The position numbers and the translations under genes were made by a program. A DNA stretch of 64,000 nt, from assembly GCF_006345805.1 (NCBI RefSeq), contig NC_043009.1:55862001-55926000 (forward strand), written 5' to 3'. Within the stretch, counting starts at the first letter, position 1. Each line of letters begins with the position of its first letter. This document shows positions 39,362 to 53,112 of the stretch, piece by piece. The stretch comes from Octopus sinensis. Lineage: Eukaryota. The notes beneath the pieces are model-generated. The model had not been told where the DNA came from, did not search any database, and saw nothing but the letters and a program-made list of their open reading frames with translations.

Positions 39362-39466
<105 letters not shown>

Positions 39467-39528
39467 GGGTCTGAATTGAAGCAACTGTAGGATTATGATA
39501 TTTATATTTACATTATATTATATTGTAT

Positions 39529-39582
<54 letters not shown>

Positions 39583-39799
39583 TAATATTTTTTAATAAAT
39601 TAAAATATGTCAATCGTAAAGCTCCATTTTCTTTTCATTTTTGTATATTGAATATATACCGATTTGAACTGTGAAAATTTTTTCTCTGCTATATTGGGTA
39701 TTAAACTGCCAAAACAGAAAAATTGAATGTTTCCATCCCTATAGAGGAGACTGTTTTCCTTGTATTGGATTTTTATTTTTCGTGAGTATATACATATAT

Positions 39800-39955
39800 C
39801 ACTTAACTGCTTCTCGTTCGCGGGTGATTTTTACCAGCATTTCTCGGGACCAGCCATGGGAACGAGAATGGGCCCCAACTATGCGAACCTGTTCGTTGGC
39901 TACGTTGAGGCCCAAATATTCTCAAGTTTCACTGGTCTCACTCCTGAACTATACG
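39800..39955 (+). mobile_element. Penelope-like RT fragment
   Basis: CFSFAGDFYQHFSGPAMGTRMGPNYANLFVGYVEAQI matches the PLE RT F.F.G..Y.Q..G.AMG....P.YANLF motif. Confidence 0.75.
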
Positions 39956-40619
39956 GTCCGATTGGTTATACGTGGCAAATTGGCGCCACAGAGTAAGAGA
40001 CAAATTGCGCCAATATTAACCAATCAGAGTAGTGGAGTTAGCGGGCTCCAGATAGTGGCCAAATGCTAGCTGTTACCTGCTACGTTCGAATGCACGCGTA
40101 TATAATAATGGGAGAGAGGATTTTCATCTGTGTCAAGCTACAAATTATAAGGAAGTGTAGGGTTTCGGCTTACGATTCTTTTTATTCTTTTTTATTCTTT
40201 TTTATTTGTTTCAGTCATTTGATTGCAGCCATGCTGGAGCACCGCCTTCTTAATGAAAATTAACAATTATTCTTTTTAAATTACTATTCTAAAACTTTCT
40301 ATTTCAAAACAAGTCTTTAGCTGTTATTTCATAAGGTTCAATGCTTTAAACACAGGACGATACGGTGCCTGATTTTCTAAATACCTTAGATTTTAAAAGC
40401 CTTCCATCAAGCACCACTCCGTTTGTTCCTGCTATAACAATAGATTCGTGCTTTCTATAAATTAGCTTTCGTCAAAAGTCTGCTCCGTTTGAGCTGACCA
40501 AAAGATAGCAACAGCGATTGAAGTTTATAGCTGTAAATAATTAAGGAATTGCAAGAAGTATCGGTTTAGGAAATTAAAAATGAATAAAATATGTAAATAA
40601 GACTATAAAAATTATTTAG

Positions 40620-40870
40620 TCTTCTGAAGAATTCAGACATTGCAAAGCATTACTCTTTTACTTGTTTCAGTCATTTGACTGCGGCCATGCTGGAGCACCG
40701 TCTTTAATCGAACAAATCGACCCCAGGACTTATTCTTTCTAAGCCTAGTACTTATTCTATCGCTCTCTTTCGCCGAACTGCTAATGTTACGGGGATGTAA
40801 ACACACCAGCATCGGTTGTCAAGCGATGTTGGGGGGACAAACACAGACACACAAACATACACACTCGCAT

Positions 40871-40947
<77 letters not shown>

Positions 40948-41157
40948 CATACGACAGGCTTCTTTCAGTTTCCGTCTACCAAATCCACTCACAAGGCTTT
41001 GTTCGGCCCGAGGCTATAGAAGAAGACACTTGCCCAAGGTGCCACGCAGCGGGACTGAACCCGGAAGCGTGTGGTTGGTAAGCAAGCTACTTACCACACA
41101 GCCACACCTGCGCCGAAATCTGTTGCAACCAAGCCTGCCCAACAGTCCCTAGAACAT
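40620..41157 (-). pseudogene. DHDH: Orphan DHDH-like exon 1 remnant split by a SINE
   Basis: ATG TTC TAG GGA CTG..GCA GGC TTG GTT GCA ACA GAT TTC (41157-41115), then SINE, then AAT GCT TTG CAA TGT CTG AAT TCT TCA GAA (from 40651). Flanks at about 40350-41270 resemble 4810-5240. Confidence 0.8.
40652..41114 (-). mobile_element. Full-length tRNA-derived SINE with internal (CA)/(TA) microsatellite
   Basis: Head GGCGCAGGTGTGGCTGTGTGG (A box) ..GGTTCAGTCCC (B box); tail ..GACTGAAACAAGTAAAAGAGT. Confidence 0.85.
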
Positions 41158-41819
41158 ACTTTCTCCTTCTGAAATACACTAAAAAAATGTCGAAATAACC
41201 TTTGTTATAATATTTGTTTTGAAACATGATCTCTCCGTAAATATTCATTTGGTTGTTTAGCTGTTAGACAGCATCGAAACATATTCGCCAGTGAGAATAG
41301 CAAAAAATGTTGCTAAACATGACGTAAATACATGCAGATATGTATGTACTAATTTTTTATCTTCGCGACAAATTTGACAATAATCTTTGCAGCAGGGTGC
41401 ATTGTTTAACCTTTTGAAATACCTTGATAATTTAAACATGTGTTTGACGGCTGTATATAATACATACAACTAGAGCTATTTTAAGTGACTAATGTTCACA
41501 GTGCTGCTGTTATTGAGGACTACTCTGGTGAAGAGCATCATTATTCTAGAGACACGTTATATATGTGTAGGTAAAATAAGCTGTTTGTATAATGAAAAAA
41601 CAAAAACTGCAGTCGGGTTACAGGTTTTCCCACGAACTTATCACGAACTTAAAATACACATCTGAGTTTAGTAGTGACGAGGGAATGTCTGTGACAGAAT
41701 CTAGAGCAAATATTAAAGAGGATAATTTAGAAAAAAAGCAGCGTTCTTTTGTATATCTTGCCTACGTTTACAAATTTTAATACACACACACACACACACA
41801 CACATACAAACACACACAC

Positions 41820-41859
<40 letters not shown>

Positions 41860-42285
41860 GGCCTACAAAGGTAATGTAGTCAGTTGAGAAACATTTTCAA
41901 GAGAGTTAGTAAACAAAGCTGATCTGTAGGGATTGTGGTTATGGCGGCGTTGGGTAAGGGTTAAAATTAAATAAATATATAAATAAAAAGAGGGTAATAT
42001 TTTGATTTAAAGATTGATATTAGTGAAGAGAAAAAAGAGTGAAAGAGAGAGGGAGGGAAGGAGAAACAGAAACAGAGAGATAAGGAGAGGACATGAGAGA
42101 GAGAGAGAGATTAGCGAGAAAGAGTTACAGAATGGAGGGGACAGAATGAACAGAATCTTGGGAAAAGGTTGTAGAATGGACTATCAACATGTTTTTGTCC
42201 CATTTCTCCTTTTCAACTAAACCTTCCAGACTTCGTTGTCACCGGAGTGACTAACTCGTTGAGTCGTCACCGACTGTGACTAACT

Positions 42286-42435
42286 GATTTTTGTTTGGGG
42301 TGTGCTTGCTTTTATAACTATCCAGAAGGATAGATATATCATTGAGAACAATAGATTTTTGTTTGTGGTGTGCTTGCTTTTATAACTATCTAGAAGGATA
42401 GATATATCATTGAGAACAATAGATTTTGTTGGTGG
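42286..42435. repeat. 68-bp tandem duplication (2 copies plus a partial third)
   Basis: GATTTTTGTTTG.GGTGTGCTTGCTTTTATAACTATC.AGAAGG... starts at 42286 and 42354, and partially at 42422. Confidence 0.85.
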
Positions 42436-42732
42436 CCTTGTTATCTCTATTCTAACTTTTGGTGACGTAGAAGAGGTTAGAAAGGGTCAAGTGGTGAAGA
42501 CATTATTTCGGCCTAGCTAAAGGCATCTAGAAAATGTAAAACTGCTGTCACAGAAGAAACATTGTTCCACCATGGGAGAAGTTCTGTTGCAGCGTTAATT
42601 TAAATTTGGCTATGGTGGATCGAATCCACTTCATGCTTGCAAGATCCACTACATATGTTTTCCACATATTTTCAACTCATAATTTTGCCACGTGGTGTAT
42701 ACTGAATCTACAGTATTTTTGCCCCTTTTATT

Positions 42733-42796
<64 letters not shown>

Positions 42797-42947
42797 ATAT
42801 ATACACATACACATACACATATACATGCACACATACATACACATATACATACACATACACATATACATATACATATACATACACAGGCAGACACATAGAT
42901 AGATATATACATACATACATACATACATACATAGAGAGATACATAGA

Positions 42948-42983
<36 letters not shown>

Positions 42984-44352
42984 AAGACAGACAGACAGAC
43001 AGACAAATAAATGGAGTTAAACGCAGGTGTTATTCAAATTCTTTTACTTCCGAAATATGTTTCGAAGACTACTCTGGTATTATTCCAGAGGGAATAAAAT
43101 GGTGTAAAACAATCTTCTCATCAGGGAAAGAAAGAAACCAAGCACATCAATAAGACATTTTAACAGAATGTGATGACTGTGTATATGATGAAGGGAACGC
43201 TATCGAGTTCTTTTAAAAAACCGTTAGTAGATATAACGTCAAAGGTAGTTATAGAAAGTGGAGGAGAAAGAAATTAGCAGAAAAATAATAGTAGAGAGAT
43301 ATAGAGCGATAGGTGAATTTGAAAATAAAGCTCAAAGGCATGGAAGTAGATATATTTAGTGAAAGGGAAATGTAAGAAGACAGTCAAAGGTCAAGTTTTA
43401 TAGAATGGTAGAAATCACTTATTGGAACTAAAATTATGTTTCTGCCAAATTTGCAACGATAAACGCGTTCTATAAACGTGTTTTCAAGGGGATTCTTTTA
43501 GAATAGGATAAAAAACATTTCAGTATTACAAAGCGAACAAAAAGATTTACCTTTGTCATACGGTAAAGAAATAGAGAGAATATTCCATTCCAAATCAAAT
43601 TGTTTATGATCTTTTAGATCCCATATTAATTTAATAAACCCAACATTGTTACGTTTATTGATATGCCTAAATGTTGAGTAATGATTAGATATTCTTTTGG
43701 ACAACTGAGATGAAGAACTACCTATTTAAAAAAAGACGTCAGACCCGGAAGTAATTTTACATTGATAATGTAAGGTTTTCCTAACACAAAAAATCCTTCA
43801 CAAATCATCTCTTCGGATAATAATAAGTTGTTAAATACAAATCCACTTAATGAAAATATTAACTATAATTTTGTTAACACTAGCCATTCTTTAAATAATA
43901 ACAACAGCGGGGTTATTGCTTCTGAAGTTGACTCCTATCGTATACGTTTTCTTCGCAGTAATTCTAACACAAGACACCGTTTATCGATGTAAAATTACTT
44001 TTGGGTCTATAAACACTGGAAAACACACACACACATATATATATATGTATGTGTGTATGTATGTATGCATGTATACCTGATTACACATAAGCATGAATAC
44101 TTAGTTATATACATGTATGTATAATTGATTATATATATGTATGTATACTTAGTCATATATATATATATATATATGTATGTATACTTGGTTGTATGTATGT
44201 ATGTATGTTTGCATGCATGTATGGATGGATGGACGTATATATATGTGTGTGTGTGTGTGTATAATATCAGAATTATCAATTTTAGTAAGGAAATACTTCA
44301 TTTTCTTTCAACCCTCTTCTCCTTCTCTCTGTCTCTCTTCCTCTTCTCTTTT

Positions 44353-47300
44353 TTACAAAGGGGTTGTCTTTATCTGATGAGTTTCTTCAAGTTGTCGTCG
44401 AACCTCGTCAATAACTTTTATAATTGACAAAGTATCAGAATGAGTGTGAGCAGGACATTCTAGTTGACCTTTAAAAGCAGAAAAGAGAAATGTAAAAAGA
44501 GAATTCTCGGAGTATAAACATTTTGACACAAAAAAGAAAAAGAGAGTAAATTATTTCAATTATGCAATGAGAACACATTGAATAAAATATTGATGAATTT
44601 TACTTTGTTCGCAAAGTATTACTTCATATTACTTCACAGATAACTACTACAAGCAATAGAAGTGGTAGATAATCAAATTATGAGATACAGTATTAGTAGT
44701 AGCTTCAACAGTTATCGAAATAGATGGAAGCACGCTTATATAAGCGACAGTATTTATCAAAGACTTACCTTTCTCTAAACACTGGCGAACAGCTTCAGCC
44801 TCATAAGCTAATCCAGCGCTATTGGGGTAATAATACTTAGCATCAGATTTGGGGAGTGGAAATTCTCTTTCTTCTCCATTCACCTCAATTTTGGTGGGAG
44901 ACCAAAATGGTCCGGGTATCTGTTGAAATAGGAGTGTATGGTATATACGTTAAGACAGTTTGGTTTAATTACTTGACTATTAAAGTTATATATGTTGGAA
45001 TCACTGCAATAATTTCATTCATAAAGAAATTGAATAAATAGTTATGTCTTTTCTAAATGTTCTTTTTTTATCCTATAAATCTAAATAATAGTTATAATAA
45101 ATAAACTTCAATACTCGGTTAACGAACTACAAGTATAATTTTAAAATTATTTATTTTTAAATGACATGATTACTTACATAAATTTTACCTTTAGTTCCAT
45201 AAATATATACGTCTCATCTTCCTTCTATATCAAGATTATAAGACAAAGATGCCCTAGCACCATCCTTATAAGTCAGAGTAATATTGGCAGATTGATCGAC
45301 ACCTTTCCAAAATGAAACAACAAAACAACATTTCTTAGTTCTCCTTTTTACACATGAACGCAATCATAACATAGAAATCACACAACTAGAAAACTTTAAG
45401 ATGAATATCATCATCATCATCATCATCATCATCTGTGTTTTACCCATGTTTGACACAATTTGACTCATAACGCAAAGAGAGAAAACTAAGTGAGGTTGGT
45501 GCTAAGACAAAACATCAAAATTGAGCAACGTTGATGGCATTAAAAACAAAGAATAAGTGAGATAACTATATCATGCACGATCAGCTCTGATCGGACAAAG
45601 TTCTGTATACTGCAGGGCCTCCTTCATTATTTGGTTGTATGCATAGCTATTTGCTTTGTATTTACATTAGATACTGTTAACCACTCACGTCTATTTACAC
45701 CTGATTCACTTGAGTAGTTAATAGTGATACCTTGCTCACGTTCATTATTAATATAAACTCAAAGGCAGGAGCTGTTAGTGCAGTTCCGTAGCTAATAAGA
45801 GAGCAAGGGTAACGACCGTTCTCTCCGAGCGCATATTTCAAAATCGGCTGACCGTTTTCCTCCAAATTTCAGGCCTTATGCCTATATTAAACTAAAATAA
45901 TAATAATATCCTCACCTGGATGATTTATCACTCGGGTGGGAAAACAGTTTTTATTATTACAAGTTTTTCTGTGTTGAAAAAAATAATGAGTCTTTAAACT
46001 AAATCATTTTTTATCCTAAAGTTTTATTTGCATAGGTTTCAGTCTTAATTGTGAGCGGTTTTAAATTCTCGCTCCTATCTTACAACATCTAACCGGCACT
46101 CTAATGTTCTCTGTTTGCTTTACTTTCATTAGCGAATATTTTCGTTCTGTAGTAACTTCCTTTTCTCTTCACTTATTCTAAGCGCTTTTGAAGCAAAAGT
46201 ATGCCTTAAATTATTCATGACATAAAAGGGCGCATGCTCCTCTTTACTAATTACCGTATGTAGATGTATATAATTCCCTCCCCCTCTCTCGCATGACTCT
46301 TTTTTTTTTCTATTACGTTATAGCTCACAAAATTATTGAAACCTCCATGGGAGGCACGTAAGCAGCACGAAACTTTATTAAAGATATACTCACCTGTATC
46401 AGCAATCGTTCCAACAGCAGTAATTGTCTCCGGTTCCTCTCTAAATATGAATCTTGAAAGCCATATTTGATACACAGAAGCACACAAGAGGCCTCCTCCA
46501 CCCAAAGAATGCTGAGATACAAAATTAAATGAAAAGGCAGAAAAAAAGAAAGCTGCATCCATGTGGCGTATCTGTCCTATGGTTCCAGAGTCAATTATTT
46601 CTCTTAGAGCTTTATAAGCTGGGAAGAAGTTGGACCACAAAGCCTAAGGAGAAAGCATTTATGTTGAAAAAAAGAAAGAATGTTTAAAGTGAGGAATAAG
46701 AATGAAAGAAAGGAACTTATGTATAAAAAGATACAAGCGAATGTTGAAAGAAATATTATAAAAGACCAGCTTATTTCTGTTATTTTTCATCATGTTATTC
46801 TGTGTTGCGATCTTTAATATTATACCACTACGTTCCTCACCTCTGTTTCTATTAAGTTTTCACAGATAAGGTACATTACTAAGCGTATAATTTACAAATA
46901 AAGCACATTATGGATCCTCTTTATAAGGGCTGATGTGTATTCAATGAACAGCAACGTGCCAAAATGCACAATTTTAGAGTTAAGAGACATACCTCCATGA
47001 AAAATAATTTCTTTGACTTTGCAAGTTCAGTCATTTCTTCTGTCTGCTTCGTATTACAAGCACAGGTTTTCTCACATAGAACAGGTTTACCATTGTTCAG
47101 CATAAGAATGGAAAGAGGATGATGGAAAATGTTGACCGTTGAAAGGTACACAAGATCTATGAGTAAAACGAAATTATATTAGTTTTCTTTGCTATCAAAG
47201 TAATGCATTTGTGTAATTCAAGTGTGTTATATAGAATTAATTGTTTAATATTTACACTTGTCTATCTTGCGTGTGCGCGTATACGATGGGGTGCTCAAAA

Positions 47301-49770
47301 TTTGTTGGCTTTGGGTAAAAATAAAAAATACAGGAGAATCAGTTAATTATGATTTTATTCAACATATCCTTCTCTCAAATTCACACACGTATTGCAGCGG
47401 ACCGTCAGTTTTTCTAAGTTCTGTAAAAGAAATCGGAAGGTTGGGCCTCCAGCCAAACCAATCGCGACACCCTGTAAACTAGAAACTTTTCAGCACCGCT
47501 TCGTATGTGTGCATATATTTGTGAGTGAACAATTAATTTCTTTAACTTTACGCGAATAGTTGTCATATCTATTCCAATTCTATTATCATTAGAATCATTA
47601 TTGTTCATGATGATAATGCTTATTATTGTCTTATTGAAATTTTCATGTTTATTTCTCTTATTTGGAAGGTGAACACAGCTATCCGGATTCTTTTTGATCC
47701 AGTGTCATCTCGTTCATGTGATACATTTCTTGGTCTATTACTTGTCGTACAGTACAAGACATTATGGTAACAGTTGTTAAAATTGAGTTTGTATAAGTCC
47801 AAAATGAAATGAAATAAATTAAAAGACCTACAATGTTTACAAAATAACATACAAAATTTACAATTGGATTTAGGCTAAATATTTTTCATACCTATGTTGG
47901 GATCTTTGTCAAATTCTTCATAGCTGGTATACACATTTGGTATTTTAAATTCATCGGCTAGTTTCTTAGCTTTCTCTAAAGATTTGGATACCACTGCAGT
48001 TATCTAAATGAAAAGCAAAATAATGTCATTTGCAACTGAGTTTTATTGTGCAGTATATGTAATTGCAATGTTGATAGTTATATAATTTTAATGTTTGATA
48101 AATGCAAATAAATAAGACTTTCTTAATCGACTGTTACTAACTTCTTAGACATGAGGCAGGCGATTTTGAGATGAGGGTGGTAGTTGATTACATCGATCTT
48201 TACACTTGATTGGTTGTGTAATTTATCGACTAGAAAAATGATGAAATGCTAATTCGTCCTCAGCAAGATTTAAGCTCAGAACCGAAACAGCCGGAAGCAG
48301 TACCGCTAGGTATATTCTGTGACGTTCTAATGATTCTGCCAATTCAATTTTCTTAAAAGTAATTGCCTCTGACATAGCCAAAAGGTTTGAAATTTGGTGG
48401 AACAAGAATAATGGAAAATATCAATCCCGCCCAGTACTACTTAACTGGTACTATATGTCACGGAACCCGGGGATGAAAGTCAAATTTGACCTCGTTATGA
48501 TTTGAAAGAAAAAAATACCAAAACTGAAAGAAAAACACAAAAAAGAAAAACAACAGATGCATCCTCACAACCGCTTGATCAACATCAAAAAGGAAACACG
48601 CAAGTACAGCAAACATACAAGAGCAACACATAAACCCACGCATAACCAGAAAGATACCACCACCAGTTAAATACACAACACCACCCACAACTACAGATAG
48701 CAACAAATCGCGCGTGCCATCCTTGCTACATTCACCCATTTTTTATTGGAACATTCACTAGATAAAGCTTCTCTCTTTACTCTCACCTTCCTCTTCAAGT
48801 GATATATGAAGGAGTTGATGAGAGATTTACCAGAGAGGAGAGTGTTTATCTCTAGACCTTTCAGATGCATCCACCATACACGTTCTTTCGCCATAGCGTT
48901 TCAAGGAAGGAGACGCGACAATATTTACGATAGACTCAGTTGATAAACTGACTCGTCCCACACGCAATAGCAGTCGTTTGATATAGATCCACAGATAGGA
49001 AATGGTTGGACACTGTACGAGTGCGTGCAGAACAGTTTCGTCGCTCTGACCGCATTTGGGACAGGTCGGCTCCGTGTTTTTCGAGCCATGCCTGTAGAGC
49101 TTATACCGAACGTGTAGCGCTTTACGATAGCACTGCCAGGCCAGGGAATTCTGAAGTTGTCCATAGGTCCCGGAACAGGCGGGTCTGGTATTCCTCGTCG
49201 ACGCCCAGGTTCGCACCGAGATCGTCGTCATACCACCCCTCCACTAGTCCCTTATAGAATGCTTTGGTTGTGTTGCAGTCGCTCAAGGTTGACCCGGGAC
49301 GGCATAGTTGCCCGAGAGCAACGCGGCACTCGTGGTACTATTCGCCCTTCCTCGGCCTGTTTTTGATCCACAACTACAGTTCGGTCATGGAGACGAGCTG
49401 CGGGAAAGCACGCCTCACAAACGGCGACCGCACCTGTCCACCGTCGTCTACGTAGAGCCAGAAATGTAGTCTCAGCGCGTGTCTGCGCATCATCAACTAC
49501 GGCATGCCTAGCCCTCCTATTGATGGGTGTTGGCAGCAAACGGATTGCCTGACCATCGGAACGCTTCCTTTCCACAAGAAGCGGAAGAGAATGCGTTCCA
49601 GTTTGGTAGGGTCGGGACAAGGCACGACGGTCAGGCGGTAGTAGATGACGGACGCGATGTACGTGTTCGACACCTCCGCACGACCTTTTAGGGACAGCTT
49701 CCTCTTGGCCCATTGCCGGGCGAGAGTGGCCACTCTACTCGTTATCTCGTTCCAGTTCTTCTCCGTTTGG

Positions 49771-49801
<31 letters not shown>

Positions 49802-49831
49802 AAAATAGATAGGCAGATAGAAAGATAGATG

Positions 49832-49879
<48 letters not shown>

Positions 49880-52800
49880 TGTTTCTTTATTAGCCACACA
49901 GGGCTGCACACAGATAGAACAAATTACAAGGTAGAGCTTTTCTTTTGAAGGTTTAAAAAAAAAAAAAAAAAAAAGGAAGGGGAGTTTCGATCAAAAGGGA
50001 TCGTAAAAGGAGAGAAAGAGGACAAAAAAAAAGGGGGGTTAAAAAAAAAAGGGGGGGGAGAGGAAAAAAAAAATGATCAATAGCGATCGTTATCACAGAA
50101 ATGTCAATATGAGTGTAAAGGGGAGGACAGGTGAGGTTTACCCGTGGAAAGAAAAGCCTACGGAAAAGACCACGGTAACCTCGGTCAATGAAGTCACATT
50201 TTATATTTCTTTTTTTTTTTTTTTTTTTTTGCAAATAAGCAACTCTCTGTTTTCGATTTCTGGGTTCATAGGACTATGCTCAAGGTGGCTTCGTCATTCA
50301 TACGTGCCATTCTTGCTACATTCACCCATCTTTTTTTAAAACATTCGCTAGACAAAACTTGCCTCTCTACTCTCACTTTCCTTTTCAAGTGGTACTTGAA
50401 GAAGTTGATGAGAGATTGACCAGAGAGGAAAGTGTTTGTCTCCAATCCTTTCAGACGCGTCCACCAGATACATTCTTTCGCCATAGCCACAAGGATGATG
50501 AAAATAGCTCTTCCTTCCCGTTTGAAGGAAGGAGGCGTGACAATATTGATGATAGACTCAGCTGATAAACCGACTCGTCCCACACGTGACAGCAGTTGTT
50601 CGACATAAGCCCACAGGTCGGAAATTGTTGGACACTGAACGAGTGCGTGCAGAACGGTTTCGTCGCTCTGACCGCATCTCGGGCAGGTCGGCCCCGTGTT
50701 TCTCGAGCCGTGTCTGTAGAGCTTATCCCGAAACGGTAGTAGCGCTTCTCGGTAGCACTGCCAGGCCAGGGATCTCTGGAAGTTGTCCATGGGCCCTGGC
50801 CCGAAAGTCGTCCCGAACAGGCGGGTCAGGTACTCCTCGTCGACGTCCAGGTTCGCCCCGAGCTCGTCGTCGTACCTCCCCTCCACTAAACCCCTATAGA
50901 ATGCTTTGGTTGTGTTGAAGTCACTTAAGGTCGACCCAGGACGGCAGAGTTGCTTGAGAGCACACGCGACACTCGCGGTGCCATTCGCCCTTCCTCGGCC
51001 TCTTTTTGATCCACGACTGCAGTTCGGTCATGGAGACGAGCTGCGGGAAAGCGGTGCCTCACAAACGGCGACCACACTGTTCACCGTCGTCTACATAGAG
51101 CCAGAGATGTCGCAGTCTCAGCGCGTGTCTGCGCATCATCAACCACGGCATGCCCAGCCCTCCTTTTAACGGGTGTTGACAGCAAATGGATCGCCTGACC
51201 ATCGGGACGCATCCTTTCCACAAGAAGCGAAAGAGGATGCGTTGTAGTTTGGTGATGGTAGGTCGGGACAAGGTTACGACGGTCAGGCGGTAGTAGATGA
51301 CGGACGCGATGACGTGTTCGCCACCTCCGCTCGACCTTTTAGGGACAGTTTCCTCTCGGCCCATTGCCGGGCGAGAGTGACCACCCTACTCGTTATCTCG
51401 TTCCAGTCTTCTCCACTTGGAGGTCCGGACCGAACCAGACCCCGAGCAACTCAACCGGCCGTCGGTCCAGCGTCCCACGACGGAGGCGCTGGTGGACGGC
51501 ATGGGCTTGCTTCTCCAGGTGCCTAGTCGCAAGCCCACTGACTTTTCCCGGTTGATTTTCGCTCCTGTCACCGCTTCGTAGTTTTTCAGTGTCTCGCCGA
51601 CCAGCTCGATGTGCTCGTGGCTAGACACTATGACGGTGACGTCGTCCGCGTATGCAGACACGCTCGTCCCGCTCAATTCTTGCGGGATGCCCCTTAGAGT
51701 CGCCAGCTTCCGCAGTAGTGGCTCAAGAGTCAATACGTATAGAAGCGCCGAGAGGGGACATCCCTGACGGACCGAACGTGCAATGTCGAAAGGTCTCGAT
51801 AGATGTCCATTTACGCGAATTACCGAACGGATGCCTCTGTACAAGGCAGCTATCCAGCCGCGGAAGACGGGCCCGAAACCAGCCGCTCTCAGGACTGCCT
51901 CCAAGTATCGATGGTCCACCCTATCAAAGGCTTTCGATTGATCCAAGTGATCAGGGCCCCACCCATGCCAGGTTCGTTAACTACCCTGTCTATGATGTAG
52001 CGCATCAGATGGAGGTTGTCATGGATGGTCCGGCCTGGCACGGCGCATGTTTGCGCCTTGTCGACCAGTTTCTCGATGACAAGCGCCAACCTCTTGGCTA
52101 GCACCTTGGCCAAAATTTTCAAGTCTGCATTAAGCAGAGTGATGGGCCTAAAGTTATCTATTACATTTCCCTTGTTTAGATCTTTCTTCAGCAGTGTTAC
52201 GGCTCCTCGGCTCACAAAACCAGGAATGCTCCCGTTTTGCTGCCAGTTGCAGTACACCGCCGCCAAGAGATCTCCAAACAAGTCTGGCATACAATTGTAA
52301 AGCTCGTAGGGTAGACCATCCAAACCCGGTGATTTGTCCCTCGAGCATTCTGCCATCGCTTCCCGCACTTCCGCCGCCGTGATGGCACCTTCGCAGCACC
52401 CTGCCTTTCTTGTCGAGAGTCGTGGTAGGCTATGTAGGTAGGCACTGAAGTCCACCCTACGTCCTTGCCCTCCACTCGTTCCGAACAGTCGGGCAAAATG
52501 CTGCTGAAAGGCCTCACACATTTTACTTGGCTCGAGCAATTCGCGCCCCTGTTCATCTACCAGTGACCGAATGGTGGCTTTGTTGCCCTGTTGCGCCTCT
52601 GCCACCCGGGCCTCTCTCGCGGCTCCAACACCTTCGTTCCTTAGAGCACGCATCCTAGATAGATAGATAGATAGATGTTTGTGCGTGAGTGTATTTGTTA
52701 CTTTTGTCTCTCTCATTAACTTTTTTTTGATTTTATGGTGAAATGAAGAAAGAATGAAGGAGACATTATGGGGAAGAGATGAAACAAGGAAAGGGGAAAA

Positions 52801-53112
52801 GGACGATACGCTGTATGCTTTCCTAAATACTTTTTAAATTCCTTCTATCCATGTCTAACCCGTCCATTTCTGGCATTATACAGTTTAGCGCTCTATATAG
52901 AATAGTTTTCGTCATAGGTTTGCCCCGGTTAAAGTTTGTAGTGGTAAATAATAAAGAAATTGTGAGAAATTTAAGAAGTTAAAAATGAATAAAATAAAGA
53001 GAGACAAACGTGAAATGTTATTACTTACTTTGTGTTCTGAAGGATTCAGACATTGCAAAGCATTGCAGAAATCCGTTGCAATCAGACCTGCCGAACAGAG
53101 TCCCCAGCGCAT
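44353..53112 (-). pseudogene. DHDH: DHDH-like paralog 1, copy B; all 7 exons present, in-frame TGA at codon 233
   Basis: Exons 53112-53029, 48003-47892, 47156-46993, 46643-46394, 45302-45178, 44919-44769 and 44468-44353 (1002 nt, canonical GT-AG). TGA at 45216-45214 in exon 5. Confidence 0.85.
49880..52655 (-). mobile_element. Tx1/L1-clade LINE, 5'-truncated (2,776 bp), inside an (AGAT)n tract
   Basis: RT motifs KSPGLDG, NFRPITLLNADLKILAK, DQSKAFDRVDH, VRQGCPLS, AYADDV and zinc finger CPRCGQSDETVLHALVQCP, with several frameshifts. 3' end AATAAAGAAACA. Absent from the equivalent tract at 4537-4682. Confidence 0.93.

Noticed and set aside
40990-41114. tRNA-like A and B boxes here and at 14399, 17739, 18199 and 39238
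   Set aside because: They continue into shared SINE bodies and tails and do not complete a cloverleaf; these are SINE heads, not tRNA genes.
41257-41780. Short ORFs 41257-41469 (CCKDYCQIC) and 41592-41780; also 20208-20399
   Set aside because: No recognisable domain, no splice-consistent partners, and lengths expected by chance.
45214-45216. Selenocysteine reading of the in-frame TGA
   Set aside because: The position aligns to Ser in paralog 2 and Asn in human DHDH, not to a conserved redox Cys. No SECIS was recognised by eye, although a SECIS search was not run.
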